A stretch of 64,000 bases of DNA from Eledone cirrhosa (taxonomy: Eukaryota): NCBI GenBank assembly GCA_964016885.1, contig OZ024741.1, positions 371,380,001 to 371,444,000 of the forward strand. The letters run 5' to 3'. Positions 47,549 through 60,892 of this stretch are shown piece by piece; the stretch's first letter is position 1; each line of letters starts with the position of its first letter. A program made the translations under genes and the position numbers. The notes under the pieces are model-generated. The model was not told the DNA's origin and ran no database searches. It worked only from the letters and a program-made list of their open reading frames with translations.

Positions 47549-48870
47549 TGTGTATATACATTCTTCTTATCACTACAACACGGATTTATATGAGATAATT
47601 ATACCACCAAGAATATACCAACACTACCAAGAAAGCCATCACATTATACCACACAGTCCCTCTATCTTTACTGCTACACGCCTATTCTTGGGCCAAGTCA
47701 TAACACCCCACCACACCATTTTTTCTCTGTTGATATTTCACACGTTGATATTTCTGGCGAAGGAGACTCCATCTTTGTTTTTTTGTGGGTTTTTTTTTCG
47801 CAATATAATATATACAGCAAAGACATTTGCAGATTACTTTGTATATGTTGGTTACTGTTGCACTTGATATTATTGTTTAGCAGAATCGTTAAAACCTTAG
47901 ACAAAATTCTTTGTGGTATTTTGTTACGGTCAATTATGGTGAGTTCAAATATCACATTGCCAATTTTAACTTTTTATCTTTACGGGGTCGATGAACTAAA
48001 GTAAGAGTCGAGTGTTGGGTTTGATCTAATTAGCTAATCCTTTCTCCAAAACTTCTAGTCTTACGGTGGATTGGCAGTATCGGCAGAGCACAGAGTTATG
48101 GCCCCTTGCTTTCTGAGTTCAAATCCTGCTGAGGTTAACTTTGCCGTTCACCCTTACGAGGTTGAAAAAAGAAAGCACCAGTAATGAACTGGGGTAATTG
48201 CTGGCCTTGAGCCAAAAGTAGAAACAATTATTATTTAGAAGGGTAGATTGACGGAATCATTAGAACATCGAACAAAATGCCTTATGGAATTTAGTCTCGT
48301 TCTGAAATCAAATATCTCTGAGATCAACTTTACCTTACATCCAGTCAAGTCCAACCAAGTCCCTAGCTAGGGTCGATCTAATCAACTATGCTATATTGCA
48401 CCAGCCCCGGGTGAAAATGGAGAGAGAGAGCATGGCCCGAGTAAATGGACCTACTCCGTGTATTCATGGACCTCCGTCAGTTTCGACGATGTCTGTTCCA
48501 GATGTTCGATCAATGGAATAGTCTGCATATGAAATTGACGTGTAAGTGTTTGAACATTCCACAGACACGTGTATCCTTAACGTAATTCTCGTGGAGATTC
48601 AACGTAATAAAGAATGTGACGAGGCTGGCTTGAAGTCTAGGTACAGTCCATCTGACGGGCTTAAAAAATAGTTTCTATCTACACAATTTCACTCAGAAGA
48701 TATGAGTCGGCCCAGGGCTAGTGTAAATGAAGCTTCCCAAAAATACCGTAGAGAGGAATTGAGACTGGGACCTAATGGTTGCAAAGCGAACTGCCTAACC
48801 ATTCGGTCATGCACCTATAGACTGAGAAATAGTCAGCAAACAAGATATCTTACTCTTAGTAGACAATATA

Positions 48871-49054
48871 CCTTATAAACAAGAATATAAGTCGACCCTA
48901 TTTTATGTCTGAGAGATGGGCAAAAATCCAAAACCCGTTTGTAAGCTAATCAACACGTTTAGATGTCGAATATAAGTCGATCTCCGCCCCACATTTTATC
49001 ATCGATTTTTCTCTTTGGTCACGTATTCCTCGACTTATATTCGAGTATATGCGC
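48871..49054. mobile_element. Degenerate Tc1/mariner-type MITE
   Basis: Inverted GAATATAAGTCGA / TCGACTTATATTC subterminal motifs. Confidence 0.55.
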
Positions 49055-49309
49055 TAATTCATTATCCAAGGGTTTATTCGAATGATATCCAGGTGTCAGT
49101 CCTTCTTTAGGGACATAATAGAATTCTAATGTGTATATTTTCCTTTGCGAACAGTCTTTTTCTCTCATTCGTTACATTTCATTGAAAACCTCTATACCAG
49201 TAATCTCCTATCCGCTAATGTGTGAATGCCGAATTATTGATGTTACCAATCTAGGGGACTACAACATAGCCCTGAAGGAAACTGAAAAAAAATTGCGAAA
49301 TATACTGAC

Positions 49310-49660
49310 GCTTCTTCTTCTTCTTCTTCTTCTTCTTCTTCTTCTTCTTCTTCTTCTTCTTCTTCTTCTTCTTCTTCTTCTTCTTCTTCTTCTTCTTCTT
49401 CTTCTTCTTCTTCGGCCACTTATTCCTGAGAGGGTCGTGGGGGAAGAGTCCTCAAATATTGCTTCCAGCGGGTCCAACTGATCCGGCTGGATTCCCAAGC
49501 GCGACCAGTTAAGCTTATGGATGTTATTCAACCACCTTGCTCGTGGTCTAACCCTAGGTCTCCTGCCGGCTGGTTTTGGCTTTAAAATCTGTCCAGCGAG
49601 ACATTCAACCACACGCCCATAGTATCGGAGCTGTGATCACTCAATTCAGAGAAGTAACGA
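49310..49660 (-). mobile_element. RTE-type LINE 3' end with long (GAA)n tail
   Basis: KPAGRRPRVRPRARW...WSRLGI. (CTT)n at 49310-49413. Confidence 0.85.
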
Positions 49661-49663
49661 AGA

Positions 49664-49858
49664 TCGAAATTGCAGGAATGTGTTCGAAATCCATCTAACA
49701 GCATCAAGATAATTCTAGTTATCATAGGAGTTTGGGACTCGATACCACCATAACCGAGAATGTATCTTGAATAAATAGATGATGAAAACAGAAGCAATTC
49801 CTACAATAATAGGTGCTTCATTATGAAAACAGAAACAACCTCTATAATAATAGATGTT
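49664..49858 (-). pseudogene. Possible decayed first coding exon of an astacin-like metalloprotease
   Basis: Acceptor TTTTTAAATCATTCCCAG, signal-like MKHLLL*ELLLFSS, then in another frame RLWWYRVPNSYDN*NYLDAVRWISNTFLQFR, resembling astacin LWP...VPY.F...I..A...W...TCI.F. Confidence 0.3.
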
Positions 49859-50533
49859 CTGGGAATGATTTAAAAAGTGACATACAGACACAGTCTGATA
49901 CATAACTAAACCCCCAGGACTTACAAATATATACGACATACAGAAAATATGCTGCACATATATTACAAAGAGTACTTTCAATACAATAGAAACAACAACA
50001 CGCCAAAGACAACATTGTACATCCCTAAGACAGAGGTGCTAAGCTTGCTAAGATATTGACAGCCCGCAATGAAAATAGCATTAAGAATAACAACAATGGC
50101 TTCTAATATAGACACAAGGCCAGCAATTGGGGGGGGGGGGATTAAATCAACCCTAGTACGTTACTGGTACTTTATTTTATCGACCCCGTAAGGATGAAAG
50201 GTAAAGTTAACCTCGGCAGGATGTGAATTCAGAGCGCAAAGGGCCGTAACTCTATGCTGAAAAACATGGTGTCCGACCCTATAATGATGATGGTTGCTGA
50301 TTTAGGCACAAAGTCAACAGTCTGTGGGAGGAGAAAGTCGATTAAATCGACCCCAGTACGTCACTGGTGTTTTATTTTATCGACCCCATAAGGATGAAAG
50401 GCAAAGTTAACCACGGCGGTATTTGAACTCAGAACGTAAAGGGCCATAACTGTATTCTGAAAAGCGTGGTCTCTGACGCTCTGCCGATACTGCCAATCCA
50501 CCACGCTAAGAATAACAATAATAATAGTTAAGG

Positions 50534-50574
<41 letters not shown>

Positions 50575-51395
50575 GCTGCTGCTGCTGCTGCTGCTTTAAC
50601 TGCTGCTGCTGCTGCTGCTACTACTACTACTACTACTACTACTACCATCATCATACTTTTCAATGCAGCACCAAGTACACCTGCATGTTTCCGAGGTGTG
50701 TATACTATTTTCTTTTGGGTGTGTAGAATTGTGTTTGTATAGGACAAGAGATTTAATGTTTCTTGTGTTATTTTAATGTTTCATCTGATGCGTAGAGTAC
50801 GTGGAATGTGAGTTGTATTATTTCGTTTGGTGCTGTTTGTTGTGTTTGATGTTATGTGTTCTGTGATTGATGTTATGTGTTTTAGTATCGAGTGCTGGTT
50901 GTGTAGAGCGCGTGATAAGTGAGTGGCAATTGTGTAGTATGCGAGATGTGTAAGTTGTAAGGGTTATTGTGTCGGCACATTATAATATGTGTTGTATTAT
51001 TTTATTGGCTGTGACAGTATAGATTATGTATTATGTGAGTTATTATACAGTCTGATAATGATTTCATAGAGTATGTTTTGAAAGGTCGTATTATTGGGTC
51101 GTGATACTATAGTGTATGTGTTTTGTGAGTTGTCATATAGTCTGGTGATATCCCCACCCCGTACACACGCACACATGTATATGATGACTCATACACTGTT
51201 CACTTTCCTGACATTTGTACATTATTCTATGTACTATACATGCACCTTTGATGAGTTGTAGTGCACCTGAGCACTGTACACAATAATTTCATTATTATTA
51301 TTATTATGTTTTGAAAGGATGTGTTATTTTATTGGGTCATGATAGTATATTGTATGTTTTGTGAGTTGTTATGTTACTTGGTTATGGCGGCGAAT

Positions 51396-52323
51396 TGGCA
51401 GAGTCGTTAGAACGTCTGATAGAATGGCAGAGTCGTTAGAACGTCTGATAGAATGGTAGAGTCGTTAGAACGTCTGATAGAATGGCAGAGTCGTTAGAAC
51501 GTCTGATAGAATGGTAGAGTCGTTAGAACGTCTGATAGAATGGCAGAGTCGTTAGAACGTCTGATAGAATGGCAGAGTCGTTAGAACGTCTGATAGAATA
51601 GCAGAGTCGTTAGAACGTCTGATAGAATGGTAGAGTCGTTAGAACGTCTGATAGAATGGCAGAGTCGTTAGAACGTCTGATAGAATGGCAGAGTCGTTAG
51701 AACGTCTGATAGAATGGTAGAGTCGTTAGAACGTCTGATAGAATAGCAGAGTCGTTAGAACGTCTGATAGAATGGCAGAGTCGTTAGAACGTCTGATAGA
51801 ATGGCAGAGTCGTTAGAACGTCTGATAGAATGGCAGAGTCGTTAGAACGTCTGATAGAATGGCAGAGTCGTTAGAACGTCTGATAGAATGGTAGAGTCGT
51901 TAGAACGTCTGATAGAATGGCAGAGTCGTTAGAACGTCTGATAGAATGGCAGAGTCGTTAGAACGTCTGATAGAATAGCAGAGTCGTTAGAACGTCTGAT
52001 AGAATGGCAGAGTCGTTAGAACGTCTGATAGAATGGCAGAGTCGTTAGAACGTCTGATAGAATGGCAGAGTCGTTAGAACGTCTGATAGAATGGCAGAGT
52101 CGTTAGAACGTCTGATAGAATGGCAGAGTCGTTAGAACGTCTGATAGAATGGCAGAGTCGTTAGAACGTCTGATAGAATGGTAGAGTCGTTAGAACGTCT
52201 GATAGAATGGCAGAGTCGTTAGAACGTCTGATAGAATGGCAGAGTCGTTAGAACGTCTGATAGAATGGCAGAGTCGTTAGAACGTCTGATAGAATGGCAG
52301 AGTCGTTAGAACGTCTGATAAAA
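51396..52323 (+). repeat. 32 x 29-bp minisatellite derived from a SINE A-box region
   Basis: Unit TGGCAGAGTCGTTAGAACGTCTGATAGAA with TGGTA/TAGCA variants, embedded in SINE 51386-52560. Confidence 0.97.
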
Positions 52324-52714
52324 TGTTTTGCAGTATTCGTTCCGGCTCTCTGCTCTCTGAGTTCAAATCCCACCGAGGTCAACTTTGCCTTTCATTTTTT
52401 TAGAGGTCGATAAAAACAGTACCAGTCAAGTACTGGGGTCGATTCTTCCTCTGTATCTCCTTTTCACTTCCATTCTCTCACTCTTTCTATCCTTCTCTGG
52501 AAGAAATCTGCTGTATTCAGACCTGGAGAGGGATGGGCTGCTCCAGGTTTTAAAAATGCCCTAGTCTATGACGAAAGGTACGGGACCACCATACCATATT
52601 ACTTGGTTGTGATTTCATAGAATATGTTTTATGAGGCTGTTATTTTATTGGGTCGCGATAGTATAGTGTATGTGTTTTGTGCAGCAAGTGTACAGTCTGA
52701 ATTGTGGTATTGAA

Positions 52715-53095
52715 TTAAATGTCTTGCGTGGGATGTAAACTGTGCCTAGCAGGGCTACTTTTGGGATGTAAAGTCGTGCGTCCTGGTATGGTGTCTATGT
52801 TTGTATTCATATTTGTTTTCATCATATTTAGTGCTCCAGATATTACTGCTACTATTTTCATTCTCATGTCACACATCCTGCTTGAGTCAATTTCAAGATT
52901 GTTGTTATTCGACAGTTTCTCCACCTCTTCCCGGGTATCAATTTGGTCTGAAAGGATTAACATATCTATCAAAATATAGATGTTTTCAATACAGCTCTTG
53001 TTAATTATGTTTAAACGGTTTGTCTTGATCTCCTTGTCAGTCTACACAGGCATATTGTAGTTGTGTATAGCCAAGTCATTTCACGTACTGTGTTT
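52715..53095 (-). mobile_element. R4/Dong REL-domain relic
   Basis: IDMLILSD...EEVEKLS...LEID.SRM.DM.MKIVAVISGAL. Confidence 0.75.
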
Positions 53096-53847
53096 GGTAT
53101 TGGGTCGTCAAGTATGAAATTTGTAGAAATTTGTAGAAAAAAAACAACAAATTTCTACAAATTTCATACTTGACGATCCAATACCTGTTTATATCACTTC
53201 AAAGGCGGCACATTGGCATATTAGTTAGACCGTCGGATAGAATTCTGTGCCGTATTCGTCTCGGATCTCTATGCTCTTTGAGTTCAAATCCCGTCAAGAC
53301 TAACTTTGCTTTCCATCCTTTTATACTTGATAAAAATATACCAGTCCGCTACTGGGATCAATTTTTTTTCTATATCTCTTTCTGACCCCTTCTCTATCGT
53401 TCTTTCTCACCTTCTCTGGAAGAAATCAACAGTACTCGGACTTGTATAGGGGATGGTCTCCGCCAGGTTTAAAATACCCAAAATATTTTAAATATCGCGA
53501 CAACGCCCCTCCGATTAAATTAGGCTTTACGTCTCCAGAAACAGAAATACATTAGTTATCGGTTTTTACATCAAACTGGCATATTTGGACATGGCATGGT
53601 TATTATACCTTATTTATCATTAAATCAGTTTAGTGAAGTTGATTGGCAGTATCAATAGAGCGTCGGACAACATGCTTTGCAGCATATAGTTATGTCCCTT
53701 TACGTTCTGAATTCAAATCCTGCCGAGGCTAGCTTTGCCTTTCTTCCTTACAGGGTCGATACAATAAATACCAGTAAGGCACTGGGGTAGATTTAATCTA
53801 CTTTGCTCTCCCCCAAATTGTTGGCATTGTGCCTAAATCAAAAACCA

Positions 53848-53899
<52 letters not shown>

Positions 53900-53905
<6 letters not shown>

Positions 53906-54525
53906 AATGAAAGATGTTATTAGTTGGTTGGTTGAATCACACGAAAACCACACACACACATCTAAAGAAAAAGAGACACAGAGGGTGAGGCAGAAAGAGA
54001 GAGAGAGAGAGAGAGTAGCATCCCACGAAAGTCTAGAAACGGCTTAAACTATAGATCCTTTGCTCTATAGGAAGGTTTAACAATATTGCGTTAGCTTTTA
54101 TAAAGTCGTTTTACAGTCTTTGATTTTACAGAACAAAGAAAAATTGATACTTGAAATTAATCTACTCTCCAGCTTGTATCCATATACTACTTACAGACCG
54201 TACTAACAAAGCTAAACACTTCAGAAGCAATGGTATGCAGTATATTGCTGTGTTTCAGATGACGTCCTTTAGAGCTGAAAAAGATCATACTGACTATGGT
54301 TATTTCACAACATTTAAAATTCAAGACCAATGCTACCATTTAATCGGCAGATTACTCCCCCAGCCTAATGAGGAAGTTTTATGATTGTTTTTTTTTATGT
54401 CTCTCTCTCACACACATACATTACGGTCTCACCTCATACCAGACAACACATCCAATACATTCGTTTTCTCTTTTATCCGTCTTCTCTTAACTGTTCTCCC
54501 GGGCGAAGCCAGGTACCTCAGCTAG
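53900..54525 (+). mobile_element. Non-autonomous Helitron with a RepHel N-terminal fragment
   Basis: AKHFRSN..QY...FQMTSF...TFKIQDQCYHLIGRLLP (54210-54370). 3' hairpin CCGGGCGAAGCCAGG, then CTAG|T. 5' end is approximate. Confidence 0.88.
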
Positions 54526-54548
54526 TATATATACACACACACACATAC

Positions 54549-54612
<64 letters not shown>

Positions 54613-54709
54613 GTCTTATGGTAGCTAGGATGCATCTATAGACGGTATGCTTGTTGAGTACTCTATGCTCCTACGGAGCAGAGTATGATATATATATATA
54701 TATATATAT

Positions 54710-56496
54710 ATAGTGAAAGAGTGAAGAATAACATGCCCAACAGTACAAAAAGGGTTTTATTTACAGTATTAACAATTGTTTCATTGGTTAAGTTGTCATA
54801 AAATTGCAAATCACTTGAAGTTGTGTCACTCAATTTTAAATACGATGTATGCTTAGCCAAATCATCGGAAAAACTGTTTAAAATTATACACAGCGTTTGC
54901 AAATTCAAATTACAACATCATTAATACAGAAAGAAAAAGAAAAAGAGGAAAAAAGAAAAAGATAGAGAGAAAAAAGGGAATTATTCCCCATTTTAAAATA
55001 TCACAAAATGCTGCTTAACAGCAAAATTGAACGGTCAATTTTCTGTAGACATAAAACAGCAAATAAATTTGATAACTTCAAACCAACTTGATTCGACCCA
55101 ACAATTCCATAATTCAAATTATGCCACCGGAGTCTATTATAATAACACATTATCATCATTGTTGTTATTATTGTTATTAACTGTCAATGAATCAACATCA
55201 TAACCTATTATATTTTTCTTTCTTTTATTTTCTATCTTTTAATTTCTTTCCCTAAATATATTTCATCTCCTACATTATAACCTATCGTATTATCTTCACT
55301 TCTAATATAACTTCCAATTTATTAATTTATTAATTTAAATAATACATATATGAATATATTTAATACGTTCATGTTTATACCATCATATTTTAGCCACCAA
55401 CACCACAACTATTTTAACCACCAATACCATCATATATTTATATTTTAGCCACCAACACCACAACTATTTTAACCACCAATAGCATCATATATTTATATTT
55501 TAGCCACCAATACCACAACTATTTTAACCAGCAATACCATCATATATTTATATTTTAGCCACCAACACCACAACTATTTTAACCACCAATACCATCATAT
55601 ATTTATATTTTAGCCACCAACACCACAACTATTTTAACCAGCAATACCATCATATATTTATATTTTAACCACCAACACCACAACTATTTTAACCAGCAAT
55701 ACCATCATATATTTATATATTAACCACCAACACCACAACTATTTTCAACCATCAATACCATCATATATTTATATATTAACCACCAACAACACAACTATTT
55801 TCAACCATCATATTATGTTCATTTTCTTCACTCAGATAAAATTGTTTTATTTATTTTTTATCATCTTCGCTATAACTTTGCCTTCATCCTTCCGGAGTCG
55901 ATAAAATAAAGTGCCAGTAATGTACTGGGGTAATTGGTGGTCTTGTGCCAAAAGTAGAAACAATTATTATTCATTTATTATCAATACGTTTATTTTTCTC
56001 TATATTTCATTTTCTTTATCTTTTTTCTTTGTTCTTTTTTCTTCTTTCTTTTTTTTCTTTCTTTCTCTTTTTTTGTTTCTATCTTTTTCCTTTTTCTTCT
56101 TTTTCTTTTTCTTTCTTTATTAATGATGTTGTAATTTGAATTTGCAAACGCTGTGTATAATTTTAAACAGTTTTTCCGATGATTTGGCTAAGCATATATC
56201 GTATTTAAAATTGAGTGACACAACTTCAAGTGATTTGCAATTTTATGACAACTTAACCAATGAAACAATTGTTAATACTGTAAATAAAACCCTTTTTGTA
56301 CTGTTGACTATGTTATTCTTCACTCTCTCACTATTAATACTCCAAGATTAACTTACATAGGAACTCCCGAGAACTCATAAACTCGCTACCTTAGGAAACC
56401 TCTTGTTGAGTCAAACAACGCCGTACGCTAAAACTATCCACAATACGGAGTATTCACAACCTCTAACTGGATTACCTATAACGATAACTTGTTATC

Positions 56497-56500
<4 letters not shown>
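54710..56500 (+). mobile_element. Family B element: ~250-bp inverted repeats (54710-54965 / 56085-56333), 1.1-kb spacer, tail
   Basis: The same spurious ORF appears on both strands (54663-54908 -, 56136-56351 +). Degenerate hammerhead CCGATGA...GAAACAATTGTTAATACTG in both arms. Confidence 0.88.
55385..55812. repeat. 8 x 55-bp minisatellite
   Basis: TA(G/A)CCACCAA at 55391, 55446, 55501, 55556, 55611, 55666, 55721 and 55777. Confidence 0.95.
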
Positions 56501-56551
<51 letters not shown>

Positions 56552-56554
<3 letters not shown>

Positions 56555-57107
56555 AGATAAATCTACCAAGAGTTTACGGTAGTGTCCAATCCGTATGAAG
56601 AACTCAATGTAATCCGGATATCATGGAAAGAAGAGATGCAATGAAAAATCACTTTCGGTGAAAGATAAACGGAATACAGAGTCAAGATAAAATATTAAAA
56701 AAATAATGAATAAAACAATGAAACAGTTCCTTATATTAAACAAAAAAAGTTCATTATTTAACGATCGTTTCTAGGATATATATGTGTTAGAATTGGCATG
56801 CATATTCAACAGATCTATGTACAAAATTATACAAAATTATACAAACTATCAAAATTAAATATACATACCAACACATATATATGCCGTCTTCAGAAATAAA
56901 ATATTATTTCTGAAGACGGCATATATATGTGTTGGTATGTATATTTAATTTTGATAGTTTGTATAATTTTGTATAATTTTGTACATAGATCTGTTGAATA
57001 TGCATGCCAATTCTAACACATATATATCCTAGAAACGATCGTTAAATAATGAACTTTTTTTGTTTAATATAAGGAACTGTTTCATTGTTTTATTCATTAT
57101 TTTTTTA

Positions 57108-57117
<10 letters not shown>
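56552..57117 (-). mobile_element. Fold-back element family G: ~430-bp palindrome (56687-57117) plus tail, in (TA)n
   Basis: ~210-bp arms with no mismatch seen by eye, centred at ~56901. Confidence 0.9.
56903..57050 (+). ncRNA. Type I hammerhead motif with 115-nt stem II (mirror copy 56753-56899 -)
   Basis: ATTATTT-CTGAAGA-[115 nt long hairpin]-GAAA-CGATCG-TT-AAATAAT. Confidence 0.82.
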
Positions 57118-57149
<32 letters not shown>

Positions 57150-57573
57150 GAGGCAATTTCGGCTTGTAAACATAAATTGCACAAAACGTTCCTGTATTAC
57201 AGCCCCACGTTATACCCTAACGGATAGCACGAACTATACGTGGATATTTTACGTCTTGATGTGGGAGCTAAGTATATGTTTTGTTTATACCTTTACTTAT
57301 TTGCATAGGTAAGTATATATTACCCGTATGTTTTGTGAAGGTACGTATACCTTCTCGTACGTATATTTGATTGTTGTGGCGTATAATTTTTATATATTCT
57401 GGTACATATGGTTTGGCTATGTGTATACGGGAGTTTTGCGTCTGTGTGAGTATGCAGGTTCGTACGTATGTAGGGTGTGTGTATATGTGTACTTCATGTT
57501 TTGGTTGACTTACGTCTCCGAACATTCAGGTATTTACATGTAGGTATGTGTGTGCGCTTGTTATATACGTATT

Positions 57574-58230
57574 TATAGCATAAGATGTACAGAGGGTACT
57601 TGCAGAAACATGACAACAACATACATAGGTGAGACAGCTCGTGAAAGGTGAAAGGATAGACCAACACTGGGGGGAACTAAAAGGACGAAAAAAACGGGTC
57701 AGTACTATACGAATATGCTAGACAACAACATGACGGTAACATAGACAACATAGAAATTAGAATAATATCTAAACATAGGAATGACCCAGCAGATAGGCAA
57801 ATCAGAGAGGCCAGTGAAATAGAAATTAGAAGACCAAAGCTAAACAGAAAGAATGAGTGGAACAACAACAACACCCAAACAAACAACACTGACCTAAGAG
57901 AAGTATAAATAAGTAAATAAAATAAAATAAAATAAGATAAATAAATACATACACAAGCACAATAACAACAAGCACATAAACACACACTAGTCACCCAGCA
58001 GACACAACACTATACACACTAGTCACACATCACACATAACACTATACACACACGCAAACGCATGCGCAAAGAAGACAAAATAAAATAAGATAAACAAACA
58101 AGCAAATAAATAAATAAATATATAGACAGACTGAATAAAAAATGGCGTAGACATACAACACAACAGGAGGAACAATGAATATAACACCACTGACGATGTT
58201 GCAGATATGCAACGAAAGATTTATGTAAAT
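57574..58230 (+). mobile_element. Penelope-like element 3' fragment: GIY-YIG endonuclease relic plus hammerhead-like motif
   Basis: YSIRCTEGTCRNMTTTYIGETAR /frameshift/ GERIDQH...SVLYEYARQQH...RQIREASEIEIRRPKLNRKNEW. CTGACGA-T-GTTGCA gata TGCAAC-GAAA at 58190-58217. Confidence 0.88.
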
Positions 58231-59089
58231 TATGTAAACTATATATATATATATGTGTTTGTGTCTATATTGTATCTGTATTATTTTTGACCGCCGGTCA
58301 GTCAATGGCAACATTGAGGACCGAGTAAGTTAGATCGCAGATATAATAAAAGACAGCGAGAAGCGAAAACCAACCAAACAGTGAGTGTGTTCTGTTATTA
58401 ATTCTGGCAATATTACGCAAATATGACCCTCCCCAAGTATAACAATATTTATTTATTTATATACGTTTATATAATTATTTATATATTTGTATACACGCAT
58501 ACACACACACACATATTTATATGTACGTGGTTTTGTATACCTATGGTAAGTTTTTGCGTATGCTTGTGCATGTACGTATTTGTTTGCGCGTATGTATTTA
58601 TTTATTTCTATTACTTCTGTATTGTATTTATTTACTTTGTTCTTAACTCTGTAGCGGAGATTCATTCGGTCTCCTAGTTAGAATTTTAGTCTACGACTTC
58701 TGCTATACCATTTACGTTCTCTACGCTCCACATATGACGTATTATCTTCGTTTTTTTCGTTCATTGCCAGAGAACGTCTCTATGCACCACCTAAGAGAAC
58801 ATTAGTCTACGACCTCTTTTATACCATAAACGTGGTTCTGTCTTTGCGCGTAATTGTTTTTCACCGCTCCTATTAATGACGTATTATATTCGTTTTTTCC
58901 CGTTCTTTGCCAGCGAACGTTTCCACGAACCAAAGTATCGTCTTCCTGTCTTCCTCCGGGTGCAACGTTTTTTGAAATATCCAGTTCTGCGTTTACAGAT
59001 TGACTTTGTTAGTTTCAGAAGATCCCGTTAAGGGTGAAAGCAGCGATTCTTTGCTTAAACTTTAATCTGTTATTTTAATAAATAAATAA

Positions 59090-59163
<74 letters not shown>

Positions 59164-59363
59164 GATATTAAATAAATGGAAACTATATTTATAAAACCAT
59201 ATTTATTTCATTATATATATTTCAGGGATATCATATTAACAATATGCTATGCCTTCCTCAGACAAAATACAATATAAACAGTTTTATAGATAAACTTGTC
59301 GAGTGCTTTTATATCAGTTATAAATATTTACTCGTTGTAACCCAACAATTTAAATATAACTTT

Positions 59364-59410
<47 letters not shown>

Positions 59411-59446
59411 AAAGAATAGAGGTGTAACACACAAGTTATTATATAT

Positions 59447-59564
<118 letters not shown>

Positions 59565-59939
59565 CTTACCTTAAGTTGATCGCACATTGTTCTGTTTTTT
59601 TGCTGTTTTCTCTTTTCTTCCCCTTTCCCTTCTATTTTCCTCCCCTCCCTCCTCCGTTTTCCCAATAACTTACCCAGGTATTGAACGCTCTAGGGGTAGA
59701 TAAATTGTCTTTAAAGCGTTGAAATATCCGAGAGCCCCAGTAGACAACTGATGAGGAAAACTCCCCCTCCCCCCGTTCTTGCTTTCTTCTTATTCTCATT
59801 CCAATTTTAAGCCTTCAACCCCACTATGCACTCTCTCAATACTCGCCATTTCCGTCTGGTTGCCCTCTATTGTATTTCTAATGTTCATGAGACGAAGCTC
59901 GGTAGAGTATATACTCAGCATTGTAATTTTATTTTTAAA

Positions 59940-59984
59940 GCTCTGATGAATCCTGCCTAATGGTATGGATGAAACATTGTTAGC
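59940..59984 (+). ncRNA. Type I hammerhead motif, canonical core
   Basis: GCT-CTGATGA-ATCC tgcc taat ggta t GGAT-GAAA-CATTG-TT-AGC. Confidence 0.82.
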
Positions 59985-60028
59985 AAATAAAAATTGTATG
60001 AGTGTGTAGGCGTTCTTTGATTTCTTTT

Positions 60029-60092
<64 letters not shown>

Positions 60093-60892
60093 ACCGATAC
60101 TTGACCAGACGGCATCAGATAGTGGTGCCACGGTGCTGACTTTCTCTCTTTATCTGCATTCGCCGAACGATACAGATGGGTAAATAATGTTTCCGTTAAT
60201 CTTTTGCTATTCTCTGATTACATGGTTGAATATTTAATACATGTTGGTTCGTGTATATTTTATTTAATCTTAATTATGTTTTACATTCGTGTGTGTATAT
60301 TTGTTTATTTTATATTAATAATTGTTTCTTCTTTTGGCACAAGGCCAGCAATTACCCAGTGTATTACTGGTACTTTATTTTATTGACCCCGTAAGGATGA
60401 AAGGCAAAGTTAACCTCGGCGGGATTTGAACTCAGAATGGCAAGAGCCGTAACTCTATGTGTCAAAGCATGGCGTCCGACCCTCTACCGATACTGCCAAA
60501 TAATGATACTGAGATTTATACCTTTGCGTCGCCTTTTGTTATATTGTCTATTATCATATTTATATTTTTCATCATGGATTCATTTCGCTTCTTTCTTGAT
60601 ACCTTGGGTATTTTCTTTATTCTTATATTGGTTATTAGATAGCGGAGAAGGAACTATTCTTCATCTTATAATCGTTTCGCTCAATTCTTTAATAGTAAAG
60701 TGTTTTTTCTTGACTATTAATTTATTGTTTTTTCATGTTATATTGTGAAAACTGGGCCCGCCGATTTTCGACATCACATCATATTGTTAGATAGTTTGAG
60801 GGTTTAAGGTCAAGGGTATACTGGAAAGGGTGGAGCAAAACCTAGTACGTAATGGGGTTGTAGTCGCTGCAGGTAATAATAAATATTGTTTA

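Noticed and set aside
49670-49720. RIILMLLDGFR resembling the ENPP/alkaline-phosphatase-superfamily LDGFR motif
   Set aside because: A short match with no downstream support. The astacin reading in another frame fits more positions and the downstream ShK relics, though it is also weak.
51396-52323. CRISPR-like 29-bp repeats
   Set aside because: No spacers. The unit comes from the SINE head and the context is eukaryotic.
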